Source: Tubulanus polymorphus
Taxonomy: Eukaryota > Animalia > Nemertea
Direction: 5' to 3'
DNA: 64,000 nt
Assembly: GCF_964204645.1 (NCBI RefSeq)
Contig: NC_134030.1
Span: forward strand, 11,057,947-11,121,946
Below, in pieces: positions 38,760 through 52,944 of this stretch. Numbering within the stretch: the first letter of the stretch is position 1; every line of letters starts with the position of its first letter. Both the position numbers and the translations under genes were made by a program. A model generated the notes under the pieces. It saw nothing but the letters and a program-made list of their open reading frames with translations. It was not told the origin of the DNA and searched no databases.

Positions 38760-39160
38760 GAAAAGAAATCCAAGATGGATGGCAACCCTGGTGGCCATAC
38801 TTGAACTCAATTTTCAACAAGGGGTAGATAGACACCCCACCTACCAAAATTCTTACACCTAGTATCATGAAAATGTATCAAGAATTGCAGGCCGTTTCGT
38901 GCTAGAAATTCAAGATGGCTGACCTGGGGGCCATTATTGAAAGCCGATGACCTCCAGAAACAAAAGGCATGGACAGCTTACCTAACTTGACCCTCGCACC
39001 GTTTTTCGCGGAAATCCATTAAGAATTCCGGGCTGCATCGTGCAAACAAGAAATTCAAGATGGCCACCCAAATGGCAGCCGTATTTGATCACCGATGACA
39101 TTTTTTTACAATAGGGGTGGAAATCGTGCCAGACCCAATCTTCAAGCGAAATTTCACACT
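38760..39160. repeat. Diverged ~140-bp tandem units, probable HINE-type remnant
   Basis: aaatt/ccaagatggc recurs at ~38767, 38907 and 39051. Confidence 0.5.
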
Positions 39161-41144
39161 ACATTGATAAGATTAAAGTATTTATTCGTTTGACAAATCT
39201 TCCTCTGAACTCCCACCATCAAGTTATCAGTGGTGATACGAAAATGACGTCGTCGACTCACTACCATCTTTAAGGTAAAAATGGTTTTAAGAATTTAGCG
39301 CGGATGTTTAGGCAAAAAGGGTATTTCGTAGACGAATTCTATCACGTCGCTGACATCTTCAGTGTGTCACATAGACTGCATAGTCCTTCCTCCCAGTGGG
39401 TTCGTATCTTCCGTTTTCGATTGGAAATTTTTAATTTTGAGCAATGAAAGCGGCAAAAATCGTTCCGAGGTGAGATATTTCTCAAAGCCCCATTCACTTT
39501 TGAAACGTTTATAACATATACGTATAGTAGATAAATAATGATCAGTAGCTCCGACGTGTAGGGCAAAACCTGTTCAGGAGGAATTCGTCCTACTTCGTTC
39601 TAGTTAAACAAAAAGTCTTGGTGTTGATCTTTTAATTTTGACAGTTACTTGAAAAGGGTTAGTCGAACTCTCTTAGACGGTTCAGGTTTAAAAGAAACCC
39701 CAATTTCACATGACGCTTTAGTTATTGTTGGTGGAAACAAATCCGATTTGAGCAGAAGATGGATCGCATTCTGGGAGATTTTGTAAGTCTGGTCACATCC
39801 TGTTAAGTGCATCCTTGGGAACCGGTTGTCACTAAGGTCTATGTAGGCCTGTGTACATTTTCGTCGCTAGTCCATTGCCACAGGTCTACTATGAAGGCTG
39901 CTGCCACAACTTTTGTCGCATCAGGAGTCGAGGCCGCTGAACCGAGGTTTTTACCTCATCTGGAGTCAACTCGTGTTTCTAAGTACCGATTCATCATACA
40001 TCATAGATTACGTTCGTTAGATACGTACGTCTGAGGAGCTTTCGGTTGCCTCACTCCCACGACATTTAGTATCTTATTCCTCAGACATACAAGAATTCAA
40101 TAAATATCAAGTACGCAGTAATTTTTGGGGTAGCAATTTCGTGGCTGGTGGGCCATTGTGACCCGTTTTACCTGCTGATGTTAGTGTGTTGAGACTAATT
40201 TTGAATGAATTTAAGATTCCACCCAAGTAGGATCCGATCCACTCGAATAACCGTTCCAAGGGGAAGGGGGATTTCTACCCAGGGGTTTTCCACCTTGTTG
40301 GATTATACTGATGATAGAGGGTTTCCTGTAGAGGGCTAGCTCTTAGGGTTTGCTTAAGGGTGGTCAGGATTAGGGTTTTCGGTATCCATTCAAAGTAAAG
40401 CAAACATCCAGAAAAAAACTGATGAATGCAGTAAAAACGAAAAAGAACGAATAGAGCAAATAGAATAATGATTTTACCATGAATGATTAATTCGTTATGT
40501 GTCGTATGTTCTACAAAACATAAATCTTAGGATGAAAACATTTCAAAACAATTTTTCAACGTTTCTAGAAGTAGAAATCTGCATTTCGCTATTGGCAAAC
40601 ATATCTTCAAAGCGATTTTAAATGGTTTGAATGATTAACGTATCATCTATCACTGACTAGATATCGTTCGAGAACGTCAGGTGGTGTGGTGGTGATAACG
40701 AAGAGCTTCAATGTAGTATTTAAATGGACATCAGTCGGCAATGACACGCTAACGGTCGACAGAGTAGAAAAGTGGGAATAATATTGACGGTAAGATATTC
40801 GAACGTTTATGTATATATTTGTAAATTGTACCGAAAACACAATAAAGAGGTTTTATTCTTTTGGTATTTTGTATCTACATGTATAACCAAATAACGAACA
40901 TTATTTGTGCGACTATTGGAGGTTTCTAGAAATGTCGTTGATTTTTTTTGCTAAACAGCAAAGATGAACAAAATCTTCATGATCATTGAAATGGGTATAA
41001 CATGTATGCTACAATGATTATTACAAAAAAGTAATATTTTCCCGCGACTATTGAAGATAAAACAATTTCATCAACATTCTCCCAAAAAGTTAGTCTTCGA
41101 CTTAACCACTGATTTCGATTTCAAATATTTCATTTCATGTTTAG

Positions 41145-42644
41145 ATGCAAATCATGCTATTAACCGCCTCAGTGTTCATTCTCAATTTCCTGAATCTGTT
41201 GAACGCGGAGTACGGTAAAGACTTCTATCCAATGCGTGTCACACTGAACGATCCTACAATAGAGGGTAAGTTGGGATTCTATCTTTCGAAGAACAAAATT
41301 TATTCATTTCAGTGAAGTTCAGTTGAAATAAAGATTAATACCAAAAGCGATTACTGAGTAGATGAAGGCCTGGCTGTTTTAAAATGGTAAATTGGTAAAA
41401 TTTGCGTTTTCTTTCATGTTTGCTTTAGACCTCAACAATTACAAAACGTGAAGAAAAGCTTTTGCAATTCTTCTATCTAACACCCAAGAGGACAACATCA
41501 CGCTATTATCAAATTGCTAAAGAGAGGCTAGAAACCAATGAAACGTCCTCAATCTGTTTATGAAGTCTAAAGAATTACAATCTTATTCTTTACAGTCTTA
41601 GTTGAATAGAAAGCTAACAACCGACCTTGTTAATCCGAAGAAAATGCTTTGAAAGGAATGCTTTGATATGATACTTGAATATGATACTAAAAAGACAGCT
41701 TAGAAAAGTCTTTCTTTGGGTGGAATTTGCTCTATTCGGGTTTTACCGAAAAAGACGATTGAAATGTAGTATTGAAATAATTGCTTGTATAAGCCTTGCT
41801 TTGGGTTGAATTTGCACTATTCATGTTCCCCAAAAATATGATGTTGTTGTTCCATAATGTTGATGTTCCATAAGAAATTTGGAATATTTTTAGTGAACTG
41901 TTCGGATAGCCATAAGAAATGTGAAGAATGGGCCAGCCTTGGAGAATGTAAGAAGAACCCAAAATATATGTTACTGAGTTGCAAAAAGGCCTGCGACGTC
42001 TGCAAACCAGGTTTGCTTCGAACTTCCCGTGATTGTATATATTACGTTTGAAACATGTAACTCTATCTCACTGCTATAATGATCATTTTCATAACCGATC
42101 TGAAAACTCGCGAGTAACAGAGTGCAAGGATGCGAACAAACTATGCACCGAATGGTCTTTAAAAGGCGATTGCCATAAGAATCCACAGTATATGTTCTAT
42201 CATTGCCAAAAAGCATGCAAAGTTTGCGAGGCGCCAGAAGGTGAGAAGTTCGATTCTTTCAATTTAATTGAATGGTACTGGGGTACTGTCATACGATAAT
42301 TGGCCAACGAACTATTTACAGTCTACTGTCAAGACGATAATGTCAATTGTCCGGAATGGATGCGTAATGGTGAATGTAAAAAGAACCCAAAATATATGTT
42401 ATGGGAATGCAAAGACTCGTGTCATGTCTGTAAACAAAGTAAATACTTCACTTGTTCGAGTGAGAAATTTCATTTCTATGAGCCTACAAACTCTTTTACG
42501 AAACTACTATCTTATTTAGAATGTGTAGATGAAAATGAGTCTTGTGCATCGTGGGCTCGTGACAACGAATGTAAAACAAACCCTATGTTCATGTTATACA
42601 ATTGCCAAAAGTCATGTGGAATTTGTGCTTCTACAAAGGAGTGA
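41145..42644 (+). CDS. Secreted ShKT-domain protein (signal peptide + 4 ShKT domains), paralogue of 31567-34405
   Basis: Signal exon MQIMLLTASVFILNFLNLLNA; ShKT exons at 41894, ~42121, 42322 and 42520; introns also homologous to gene 1. Confidence 0.9.
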
Positions 42645-43608
42645 ACAAGTAAGTGTAAGTAGTTATGGGTATCAGTCGATGACTTATCCAAATGACTTAT
42701 TCCTGGTAAATTGATACAACGTAAGTTGTTACATTAACTGATTTCATTCACCGCTGAATTTGGTCCGATGATCGAATATGCACACATGCATTATTTGTCA
42801 CATAGCAAACTTACTTGACAAACGTTACTGAAACATAACTGTTCCGTCAGAGGCCGGACTCAAAAAGAAAACATCCTTGATAAAATAATCGGACTCGGTC
42901 TCGGTCTTTGTACTGCATCAGCCAGGGGTGAATCGAAATATTTGAACAAGGGAGCATTCTCCCAGACATAAATGTCAATGAAAAACGCATTTTGCTGAAA
43001 TTCGAAACTTGAAACTTAAAAGATGTGTGTATTAGTTACAGTTATTTCTGGCAGACGCCGAAACAGTAATCAACAAAGATTTGAATCGCGGTTAGATTCA
43101 TCATTGATATGATTGATATCACTAACAGAACATTTTCGAACATGGAGCAAGGGGAGCGGTGGAGCGCATCAGTCAATTGAATATTCAAAACAATTACGTT
43201 ATAACAAAAACACATGCATCTTTGGTAATAGCTATGATTCTTGTCTCACTTTTCAGGTCAGAAGATGTAAGGAAGGGTGGAAGGGCGAAACCGTGTTTTG
43301 ATTTTGATTGGAACTTAACTTCATCCTCGAATACCCGAATAAACTAAATAAATGTATATATTCTCATTTTCATCAAGCTCGTACCGTACAATAAAGCTTA
43401 TCGAATTCTCTAAAGTCTTCAGTCCTTAAAAGAATTGAGAGATATATAACCAATAACCATACAATGACAATATACATGTTTAAATTACCAATGTTCACGA
43501 ATCATCTGAGTTAACAGTGTTACGGAACAAAACGTGGTTCCGAACGGACGCAATAAAATGTTTCATTGATCTTAACATGTTAGGCACAAAGAATGTTATA
43601 CATAGGCT

Positions 43609-46600
43609 TTATCGTGTCCTCATAAGCCGTTTATTTTTAGCTCGTATGGATTTTATATCGATGGTAAGTATAGTGTATAAAAGGGGATTTAAAGAGGAGT
43701 TAATTGGAAGGAAAAGAACTGCCAGCCAAGCTGCCAACTGTTTCGGGATTTCAACGAGGAGAACAACACAAAACTGAACTATTATGAGAGGCAACCAACA
43801 AGAAAGATTACAAAGATTGATCACTAATCCCCTTCGTGCCAAGATTAACTCCGTAGGATCCACCCTACCCGAACCAGATCTACTCCCAGATACAAGTTTA
43901 AACATTTGCCCATACGTCAGAACTATCGAGGCCAGTATAATCGTGTTTAATAAGGCGAAAATGGCAAAAGAATAGTGCCACGCATTGACATCTATAGAAA
44001 GAAGATTCATAGGAAGGCAAATGCCACTTGTTCCATAGAAGTTGTCCCCAAAGTATGTGGAAGTCGAAACCGGTACTATCGCAATGGTACATAAAATGAG
44101 CCAACATACGCAGCAAATGCCAGATATGTATTTCGGAGACGTAAGTAGTTTTCCAGAAAAGGGATCTACAATACTAGAATACCTATGACGCGTCAAAATT
44201 AGCAGAAAAGTTAAAGAGCCTTCACATGAAATAGTCGCTGAGATTCCAGCAAGAGAACACACCGCACTACTTGTCCACGTTTCAGCGTGCAGGAAGTAAT
44301 TACCCCTATAGATGTAATCGGCCCGAGCGATCGAAAACAAATAAATCGACATTAGAAAATCACATGCTGCTATATTCATTATGAGAATGTTAGAAGATGG
44401 GTTACGGGTTTCGGATGATGAGAGTTGTATTGATCGAAAACGAAGCAAAAAGACAACGGTATTACTGAAAAAACTGAAGGAAGCGATACACCAAACGATC
44501 GCTCTGAGAGCTACATTATTCATTAAGTCAGAGCACGATGAAAATGGGTCAGCTTTTGGTAGACATCGGTCTATATTCGGAACCATACAGCAAAATTTAT
44601 ATGCATTCGAAACCAGAAAATCCAATGATGTCAGATTGCTAAATACATTCCTTTCAACATTAATCAATTTAGCATTATTAGTTATGTCTAGTACTTTCAG
44701 CGTAACTAACCCTAAGAAAGCGTACCTTGAAATATGGCTAATCTTGTTACTACTAACATTTAATACTAACAATGTTCGTAATCCCTTGAAAATCTCATCA
44801 CCGAGAACCGAAATATTTAGCCCATGAATATCAAGGACATCAACAGAAATTAAACCTTGAAAACTACCCCCCTCGACGTAGGTTAGCGGATTCCCACTGA
44901 TTAAAAGCTCTTTCAGACTGTACAGACCGGCGAATGTGTTTTCAGATAATGACGTTATATGATTATACGTGAGGTCCAATGTATAAAGATTTTTCAAGTT
45001 TCTAAAACCATTTGCAACAATGAAAGGCAAACCATTACGCGAAATATCGAGGAAGCGAATATATACGAAGGACAAAAATGTCGACGCGTTAAGATGTAAT
45101 TGATTATTTGACAAAATCAACGCCCTAATAATGTGCGGAAAAATATGAGGAATTTCTTTCAAACTAGCATTACTGCAATCGACGAAATAGCCTTTGCATT
45201 CACAACGGATTGGACACGTAAAGTTACAGTAAGCCTCGTCGTCTGTAGTGTGTTTACAATTAACGATTCCGTTACAAACTTCAGACTGTGGGATACATCG
45301 ATTTTCGAAACCGCATTTAAACATACCAGGGCAGGATAGAGTGGAACAGTTATGTTCATCTTCGGAATTTGGGCAATCGGGCTGGTTATCACATACCTGT
45401 CTCATTGGTATACAGTAAGATGCCGGACATTTTACGGTACCGGATGGGCATTCAAAGTCAGTACATCTCAGTAAATGTTCAAGGTTTCTACATGCCGGAT
45501 AACCAAACTGATTTCTTTCTAAAATACACCTTTGACGTCTCGAATAACAATGAGGAAAATCTAAAATACATCTCTGTTCATCCATTTCGTGACAGAGATC
45601 CGTAAAATTAGTCGTACAGTGGTTTTCATTATCACATTGGATAAAGGGTGTCAGTTCATCTTTCAATGTTTCATCTTCTTCGTCGCTGCCAATACAATCT
45701 ACGACACCATCCTGATGCAACTGGGAATTTATACAATCGCCGTTGTTACAAACGAATCCGTTGCAAATTTTCGGACTGCATCCCACTTCATCGGATTTAT
45801 CTCGACAGTTGGCTATTCCGTCACATTGTTCAAATACAGATACGCATTGACCACTTTTACATTGAAATTGGCTAGAAACGCATGGAGGATGGTAGCACAA
45901 CTTCTCATCTGAGCCATCAAGGCAATCATCCACAAAGTCACAGATACCACTTATTGATATAATTTCTCCATCATTGCAATGAAAGAGGCTGCGTGAATCA
46001 GATTGTGTACAATTGACTTCATCTCCACCACGACGACAGTCTTCTTTGCTATCACACACGCGATGTTTGCTAATGCACTTCTGCTCTTTACATTTGAATT
46101 GCCACGATTTACAATCTCTTTTCGGTTCTAACCACACTTTGGTTGCGTTTGGGGAACATAACACAGAATGTACTTTGATTGTTGGTTTATCAAACCAATG
46201 TTGGACTGACCAATAAACTGAATTGATGTGAGTGATTTCATTCCTTTTAAGAAGTGGCATTACTATTCGGTTGTCATTGATCAATATAGCACCGTATAGG
46301 GGCTCGTAGAGAAATCTTGCAATTAATACTTCAATGTCTTCATCAGCTTGTATTACACCTATTTCACCTCCAATACCATGACACATATCTCTAGCACGTC
46401 TAGTGTCCAATCCCACTTGGTTGACCCAGTCTGTCAGTACTTGATAACACTGGCCAACAACGCTTAACCAACCTATTTCACACACTGACTTATTAGTTGA
46501 CATTGACTCAATATTTCTATTTCTAATATATCCAGTGGAAAATATACTGGTGTCAGTGAAGTTAAAATCAATTCTTGTCTCGTTATTTAGTGGTGAGAGA

Positions 46601-49600
46601 AGTGTCGAATTGTCAAATGCCCACGAGCGACTTCCTTTCGATTCACAAATGAAACTCGAATGCGATACGACGACAAAACAAGGGAAACGAACCCAGTTCG
46701 CAGATCCTCGTGGATTATTTATTACCATCGCCGTGCACGCCATATAATCGTCATTCATTGGTTGTCTGCCGCGTGGAGATATCAGATTTTGTAATACCTC
46801 TGGTATTGTTTCATTACGTGCTGGTTTATACCACTCAACGTAGCTCAATGGTTTTCCATCAGTCCATGCGTAGAAACCAGTATTTGTCTAGAAAAACATA
46901 TAAATGCAGGTGTAGTCGTTTTTGATCTCTAATAAATTATCGAACTAGACGTAACTATACCAACATGTAGGCAAGTATTAAGGCCTCTGACTCATTCAGC
47001 GAACTTTGCATTTTTTCATTGTTAAAAAATGAAAATACCCATACTTTTAGAAAAAGGCCAACTTTTAGCTGAAAAGGCTCAATTTTCCCAACTTTCAAAC
47101 ATCCTGCTCTGATTGACACATTCATATTTAATGTGGTACACTAGCATACAAAAAGCTTTTTAATCTGAGATCAACAAAACCTCCTTAGAAATCACAAAAA
47201 ACCTTGGGGAATGTGACTATTGAGGAATAGGCTCACAACGTTTGCCACATTAACGTAAGTCGTGGCATTTAAAAAACTATAAATGACCGGTAGAATTCCA
47301 AATTAATGCAATGGACAACCTCGGGAACGAATGATCATGACCGGTACGCTACCTGATATTTTAGTCCAATCATGATAATAACTTCTTCCATGGAAAATGC
47401 CTTGTTAAGATACTTCGTCCCGAGTAAGTTCTTTATGGAGGTCATCTCGTCTTCAGAGTTAACGCTGAGAAGATGTCCACCATATTTCTGTCTACAGTAT
47501 ATTTCAGCATTCTCCCAATTGAGACCATCACGTTTGGTATGTTTGACGCAAGAAAATCCTGTATCTAGAAAGTCCAATTGACAGGCTTTTTTAGACGATT
47601 CGACTGGTATTGCCCGATCTATAGTAAACTGCATTAGGAACTTTGGGATCCTCTTTGCAACTTCAAACCACAGATCTGTAACTTTCAGACTGTGGAACAC
47701 TATTCCAGAATGAGCACTAGCACCACATAGTTCATGTACATGTAGAGTAGAACTACTTGAGTATAATTCGACGATTTGTTTGAAAATAATAGAGTCATAT
47801 TCTGACGACGATGACTTAACGCACGGTGCCGTTGTAATATGCTTAAATAAGAATCTGTAGTAACGGAAACGCGTTAGACCAAATACAAGATTAGAGAAAC
47901 TATAAGAAATCGTTTCGGAAACCCAGCCTGCCGATCCTGGAAAGTTAGGTGAAAGTATAATACCGCATTCGAGTAATTTCGGACGATCTTTATTGTTAAT
48001 CTTGTGAGGACCTTTTACTGCTGTGCATTTACGTCGTAGTTTGACTATAAAATGATATCTCCAAAAAAGATCTGCACCCCGAAATCGTATTGTGTGAGAG
48101 GTGATACTGTTGTTGAGCGACTGTTTACTCAGATGTAACATTCTCCTACATCCCACGGCATAACGATCGTTCGAATAACATCTGTCGACTTCATATGCCT
48201 GCTTTGATATTACCTGAATGCTTATTTTTCTATATCGGCGATTTTGAGGCGCAATCGTAATGCAGCTTGATGATATGTTTATCACATTTTCTTCTTGAAG
48301 AACATATCCATCGCAGTCAGTCGGTCGAAATCTAATGTACGACGGGCTTCCTGTCCAATCACGCGATATTAGTTCATTATCCCAGTTATAAGCATATCCT
48401 ACTATAGTAGCTAGACCACTTGCTACGATTAAGCTGACGATATTACGGCCGTATTTGCCAATTCTAGGACAGTACGGCCCATAGGGTCTTGTCGAAATGT
48501 TGCCACCATCGTATATGTAAAATCCAGCTCGTTCGCAATTTTGTGAGCGCACCGTTAGTGCAAAACTCTCTTCATAAATATCGATTTTCTCCTCAAAACT
48601 TTTCTTATTTATACGATAACTTAATGTATTTTGCTGCGATTTTGGGAACAAATCTTTGGCATGCATGAACCACGATCCCTGACGATCAGAATACAGCTGT
48701 AAAAGATCATCATTTTAAGTACATAGATTTGAATGTTCATTTGTATGAAACTAATTCAATAATTCATGACGAGGTACTTACGTAGGCATAGGGAACGTTG
48801 ACTTTTATTTCTGACATCGAAAAAGATTTCACTTTGAAGGTAAGATCTATTTTGGTCAATCGAACATTAGGCCTAATAAGCGTGCACAGAATGATAACAA
48901 AGCCACTGGAGTTAACAGTAAGTGATTCGACATAGTTTTTGCCGATTAAGATATCAGTTCCCACAACGTGTACGCCTTCAATTTTATAGACACCAATGAC
49001 GCCATATTCAGAGGGATCCCGCGTCCAGTTGAAGACAGAGTAGTGTAAAACATCCAGAGTGAAAGACCAGCAATGTAACTGCCTTGATCGTGTAATCACG
49101 TGTAGAGTTTTTTCATTGGGAATCAAGATTCCAGATTCCTTATGACTTATATGAAACAACGGATTAGAGACGTTCCAATCGGATATTTTATACATTTGAA
49201 CTGATAGATATGACTTGAAGTCTATGTTAATTCCATGCGAAACTGTAATGATGGCTTTGTTAGTTCTAGTATAAAACGATGCTGGTGGATGTCCGGTTTG
49301 TTCATTTATCAGAGCAATTGGTTCACTAGCGTTCCATCCGTCATAAATTAGAACAGTCGACTCGAGATTTGCGCCGGGATTCAATTCGAATGTTAATTGT
49401 ATAAATGTTATGTTTAAAGCGAAGCCATTCGGTATTCCGGGCCATTCCAAAAATAATTCACATCGCCCGAAACGTATATAGAACTTGTACCCGGTTATCG
49501 ATTGTAATTCATTCAATCTATGCGTGCCTAATCTGCAGCCAGAAATTAATTTCAAGCGTCGTCGTTCCAAGTGATAGATAATATAAGCTCGGCTGCCCAG

Positions 49601-49996
49601 TCTGCTATCGACGTGACTTCTAAACCGCAACGAGAACGAATCTTTACGATGTATTTCGCGCTTTCCTTTGCCGCAGAATACGCTATCTGACTCGACCATA
49701 TGTATATAGTTATCCTTACAGAATATTGACGGTGAAATATCGTAGTACAGTTCGACACGGAAAATTCCGGACGAAGAGCTGTTTATGAACCAGTCGCATT
49801 CAATACCGCGCACGAAGGATGGGTAATCCGGCGAAACGATGTACCCAGACGTAGAGTCGATGGCATGCCATGTGTTGTTGCAAGACGAGGCCACCGAAAC
49901 AGACGATTCATCGGCGTATGCGAGGTTTATTCGACAGACGGTCAGCCACACTACCGAAAACAACAGCGTTTCGAGTCGCTCAATCGAGGAAATCAT
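43609..49996 (-). CDS. GRL101-like LDLa/LRR rhodopsin-family GPCR with extra CUB and C-type lectin domains; 3 exons, ~1945 aa
   Basis: Exons 49996-48782, 48696-47353 and 46887-43609 join in phase 0. Signal peptide, CUB (SGYIVSPDYP..CDWFI), C-type lectin (WENAEIYC..HLLSV..IGL / WTDGKPLSYVEW), ~8 LDLa repeats (CD..DC.D.SDE), LRRs, hinge FCC, 7TM ending PINSSLNPLLY. Confidence 0.92.
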
Positions 49997-51618
49997 CACA
50001 ACGCAATGAATAGATCTACTATGGACCAAAACGTACGTAAGTATAAAGAAATCCCATTCATCCAATCAAAATATTCGCTGGTTGTTTTGAGATTATATAT
50101 AATTATATATAATTTCATTTTCGATATAATTTATTCGGGAAGGTCAATCGATTTGTTATTTCAAATAATCATCATAGTTAATGAACAGATACGAACTTTT
50201 CAAAAACCATTATGATACTTTCAACCATCTTTTTCTTTTCTCATCTGGTTAGAAATACAAGCAATGGTTATAGTAAGAGAACCAAATCTGTTTGACGTAT
50301 ACTGCAACAGTTATTTTCTATTGCTAGGGTATCCGAGGATTTCAAAAAATATCATTGCCAACCCGCAATTTTAGTACCTCACCACCAGCATCCCCTAGTG
50401 GTCACTATAGGGAAGATATTGTTATAATAGCAATTTTTTAATCATAGCTTGTTTTCAGTAGGAATTTACGTGGAACCTGCCAATGTAGTTTTATTTTTAT
50501 TAGATTGTGCATATTAGGAGACCTAATTTGGAAAAAAACTCAGCAAGTTTTATTGGAGTAATAAAAGAATTTCTCAGTTTTTTTCTCTTCCAAATTGAAC
50601 GTTTCTCCAGCGCAAAAGTAGGGTCCTTATGAGTAGTCGTTTTTCCAAAACCATTTATGAAGTAAAAACTGCAATTCAACATGCCTTACTTTCAGTACTC
50701 CTTTAAATAGCTACTTTTGGAAGTGTTTCAGTGTTGTGTTTTCTACATATATAGAATAATGTGATATATTATTGATAAAGTAATTTTCACTCCATTGAAA
50801 GAATGAAAAAAAACATACATTGAACGACAATTTGATATAACTTTTAAGATATTCTAGAGTAAATTCCTTGTTTTAAGACGTTTAGTATGTTCTTGATTTT
50901 AAATACGAATAATATCAACGGAGATTAAATTAGTTTCGATCTAGTATTAGCATTGACCACGCCCATGTTCATGGCATACTAGTATATATATTTCCATCAT
51001 ATTGATATTTTGCAGCGTCTTGCTGTGTATGGAAAATTCTCATATCTACGGCATCAATATCACGTCGATATGAAAACGTTAATGAAAAAAATCTCCCAGT
51101 ATTATACATGTATTTATATATTAAATTGATAATGAGATGAGCGTTTGTCAATAATATTCTAAAAGAAAAAAAAATCAAGTCGATTTAGATGTAATTTTTC
51201 CCCGAATAAATCTAAAATAAGCTTCGGGTGAACTATAAATCGGTAATTACAAGGACAGTATTGTTTTCTCTATACTACATATCATATAACATATATTATA
51301 TCTACTCATCACATACAAACTTGTAGGATGAGGATACTTTACAGATTTTAACTGATATCAATCTACTGTCTACCTGTCGTCGGAAGAACCGATTACAAAA
51401 ATCCTAAAAATTAAAAAGCTTCTTTAACCCTGCTGGGAAAAAATCTTTCTGCGGTTGAATTATTTCATCGTTAAGGCACCCTCATTTATTATTGATATCA
51501 TGAGCTGTTCGCAAAGAGATGTAATGTATTTGGAAATGCAAGGGTTGTTATTATTTTCATGACTTATACAATTCCTTCTTAGTCATTCCTAATGATTTGT
51601 AATAGTAACACAAGATCT

Positions 51619-51938
51619 AAGCAACTCGAATCAACACGGATCGAATCGTCCATTTATTTAAGCAACGCGCCTACAACGATTTGCCTACAACGTCCTTTTA
51701 TTTGACCAAATCGCCAAGGCGAGTACCCAATGCGACCAAATCGCCCATCGAAGCGCTTTGATTCGATTTGCTACGACAGTGTGGCGTTCGGCGATAGATC
51801 AAACACAAAATGGCGGCTTTTTCAATCTTAGAAAATTCCGGTTCTGGCGAGTAGGGTCATTATTATTTATTTAAGGCGATTCGATTTGTACCACGTTACA
51901 GTAATCGACGGAGCTAAGCGATTTGATACGAGTTGCTT
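51619..51938. mobile_element. MITE
   Basis: TIRs AAGCAACTCGAATCAA / TTGATACGAGTTGCTT. Confidence 0.55.
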
Positions 51939-52604
51939 GAATAAAAACGCCTTAGGTCTTCTATATCCCGTGCTGCCATGTTAAAGAATCGACCTTTTAG
52001 TATTTAGTTAAAATACACTGTCTGCGTGTGGGGTGTGAATTCTACCGATAGGATCGGGTGCAGGAGCAAGGAATTTGGTCAATAAATTGCATATGGGACA
52101 ATGCAGAAATTTCTTTGCTGATTTTAATGCCCCATCCTTAGTTTATTTTAGGGTTGGATATGCGGATTGGAAAGATAAATGCCTCCCCAATAACTGACTG
52201 CATCAAATTCATTGAAATGTACGTTTTGTTGTAGAAATATATCGGATTTTGTATTTTATTAACGTACAGACATTTTACTGTTTATCAAAAAAGAAAACAG
52301 GTTTTTCTATCACATTCAAATATTTAACATTCTACACTTTATGATGTAATCTCGATTGTGTGTACCAATATCACCAGTATTTCAAGACATCAGGATATCT
52401 CCAAAAAGTACATTCTTTCATCTCGATCTCATTTTCAATTGGTATATAAGATCGATATTTTATCGAGGAGTAATCTTTGTCGTTATATGCAGAGTCGTCG
52501 CCACTGTGCCATTATGCTTGTCAAAGGAGAGGCGTTTGCATAGTAGTACGCAAAGCATTTTCGACTTTTACAGAATCGATGTCGAAATTATTTTTGGCAA
52601 GTAA

Positions 52605-52820
52605 GTTTTTCTCGTCCTCGCTTGCCAGGGTTTGATTACCGCCCGCTGGAGCTCACCCTATTACCCTGACTGCAAACCCTTTTATTGGTCTATTAACATC
52701 GCCCTCGATTTCTTGGGTGGACTGGTTCCCGCTATGCGCCCACCAATCTATATATCTAGCCAATCAAATGCGCGGTATTTATAGAGCAAACGTCGTGCCA
52801 GTAAAAACGCATCTGATATC
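52605..52820. mobile_element. Half copy of a foldback element also present at 55450-55770
   Basis: Shares acatcgccctcgatttcttgg..actggttcccgct..aaaacgcatctgat and the terminal cctcgcttgccagg. Confidence 0.6.
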
Positions 52821-52944
52821 TCCAAAAAGTATATTCTTTCATTTCGATTTCATTTTCAATTAGTATATAAGATCGATATTTTATCGAGGAGTAATCTTTG
52901 TTGCTGTTGTTATATGCAGAGTCATCGCAGCTGTGCCATTAAGT

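Noticed and set aside
43784-49758. Short ORFs antisense or out of frame within the GPCR
   Set aside because: Shadows of the long coding exons.
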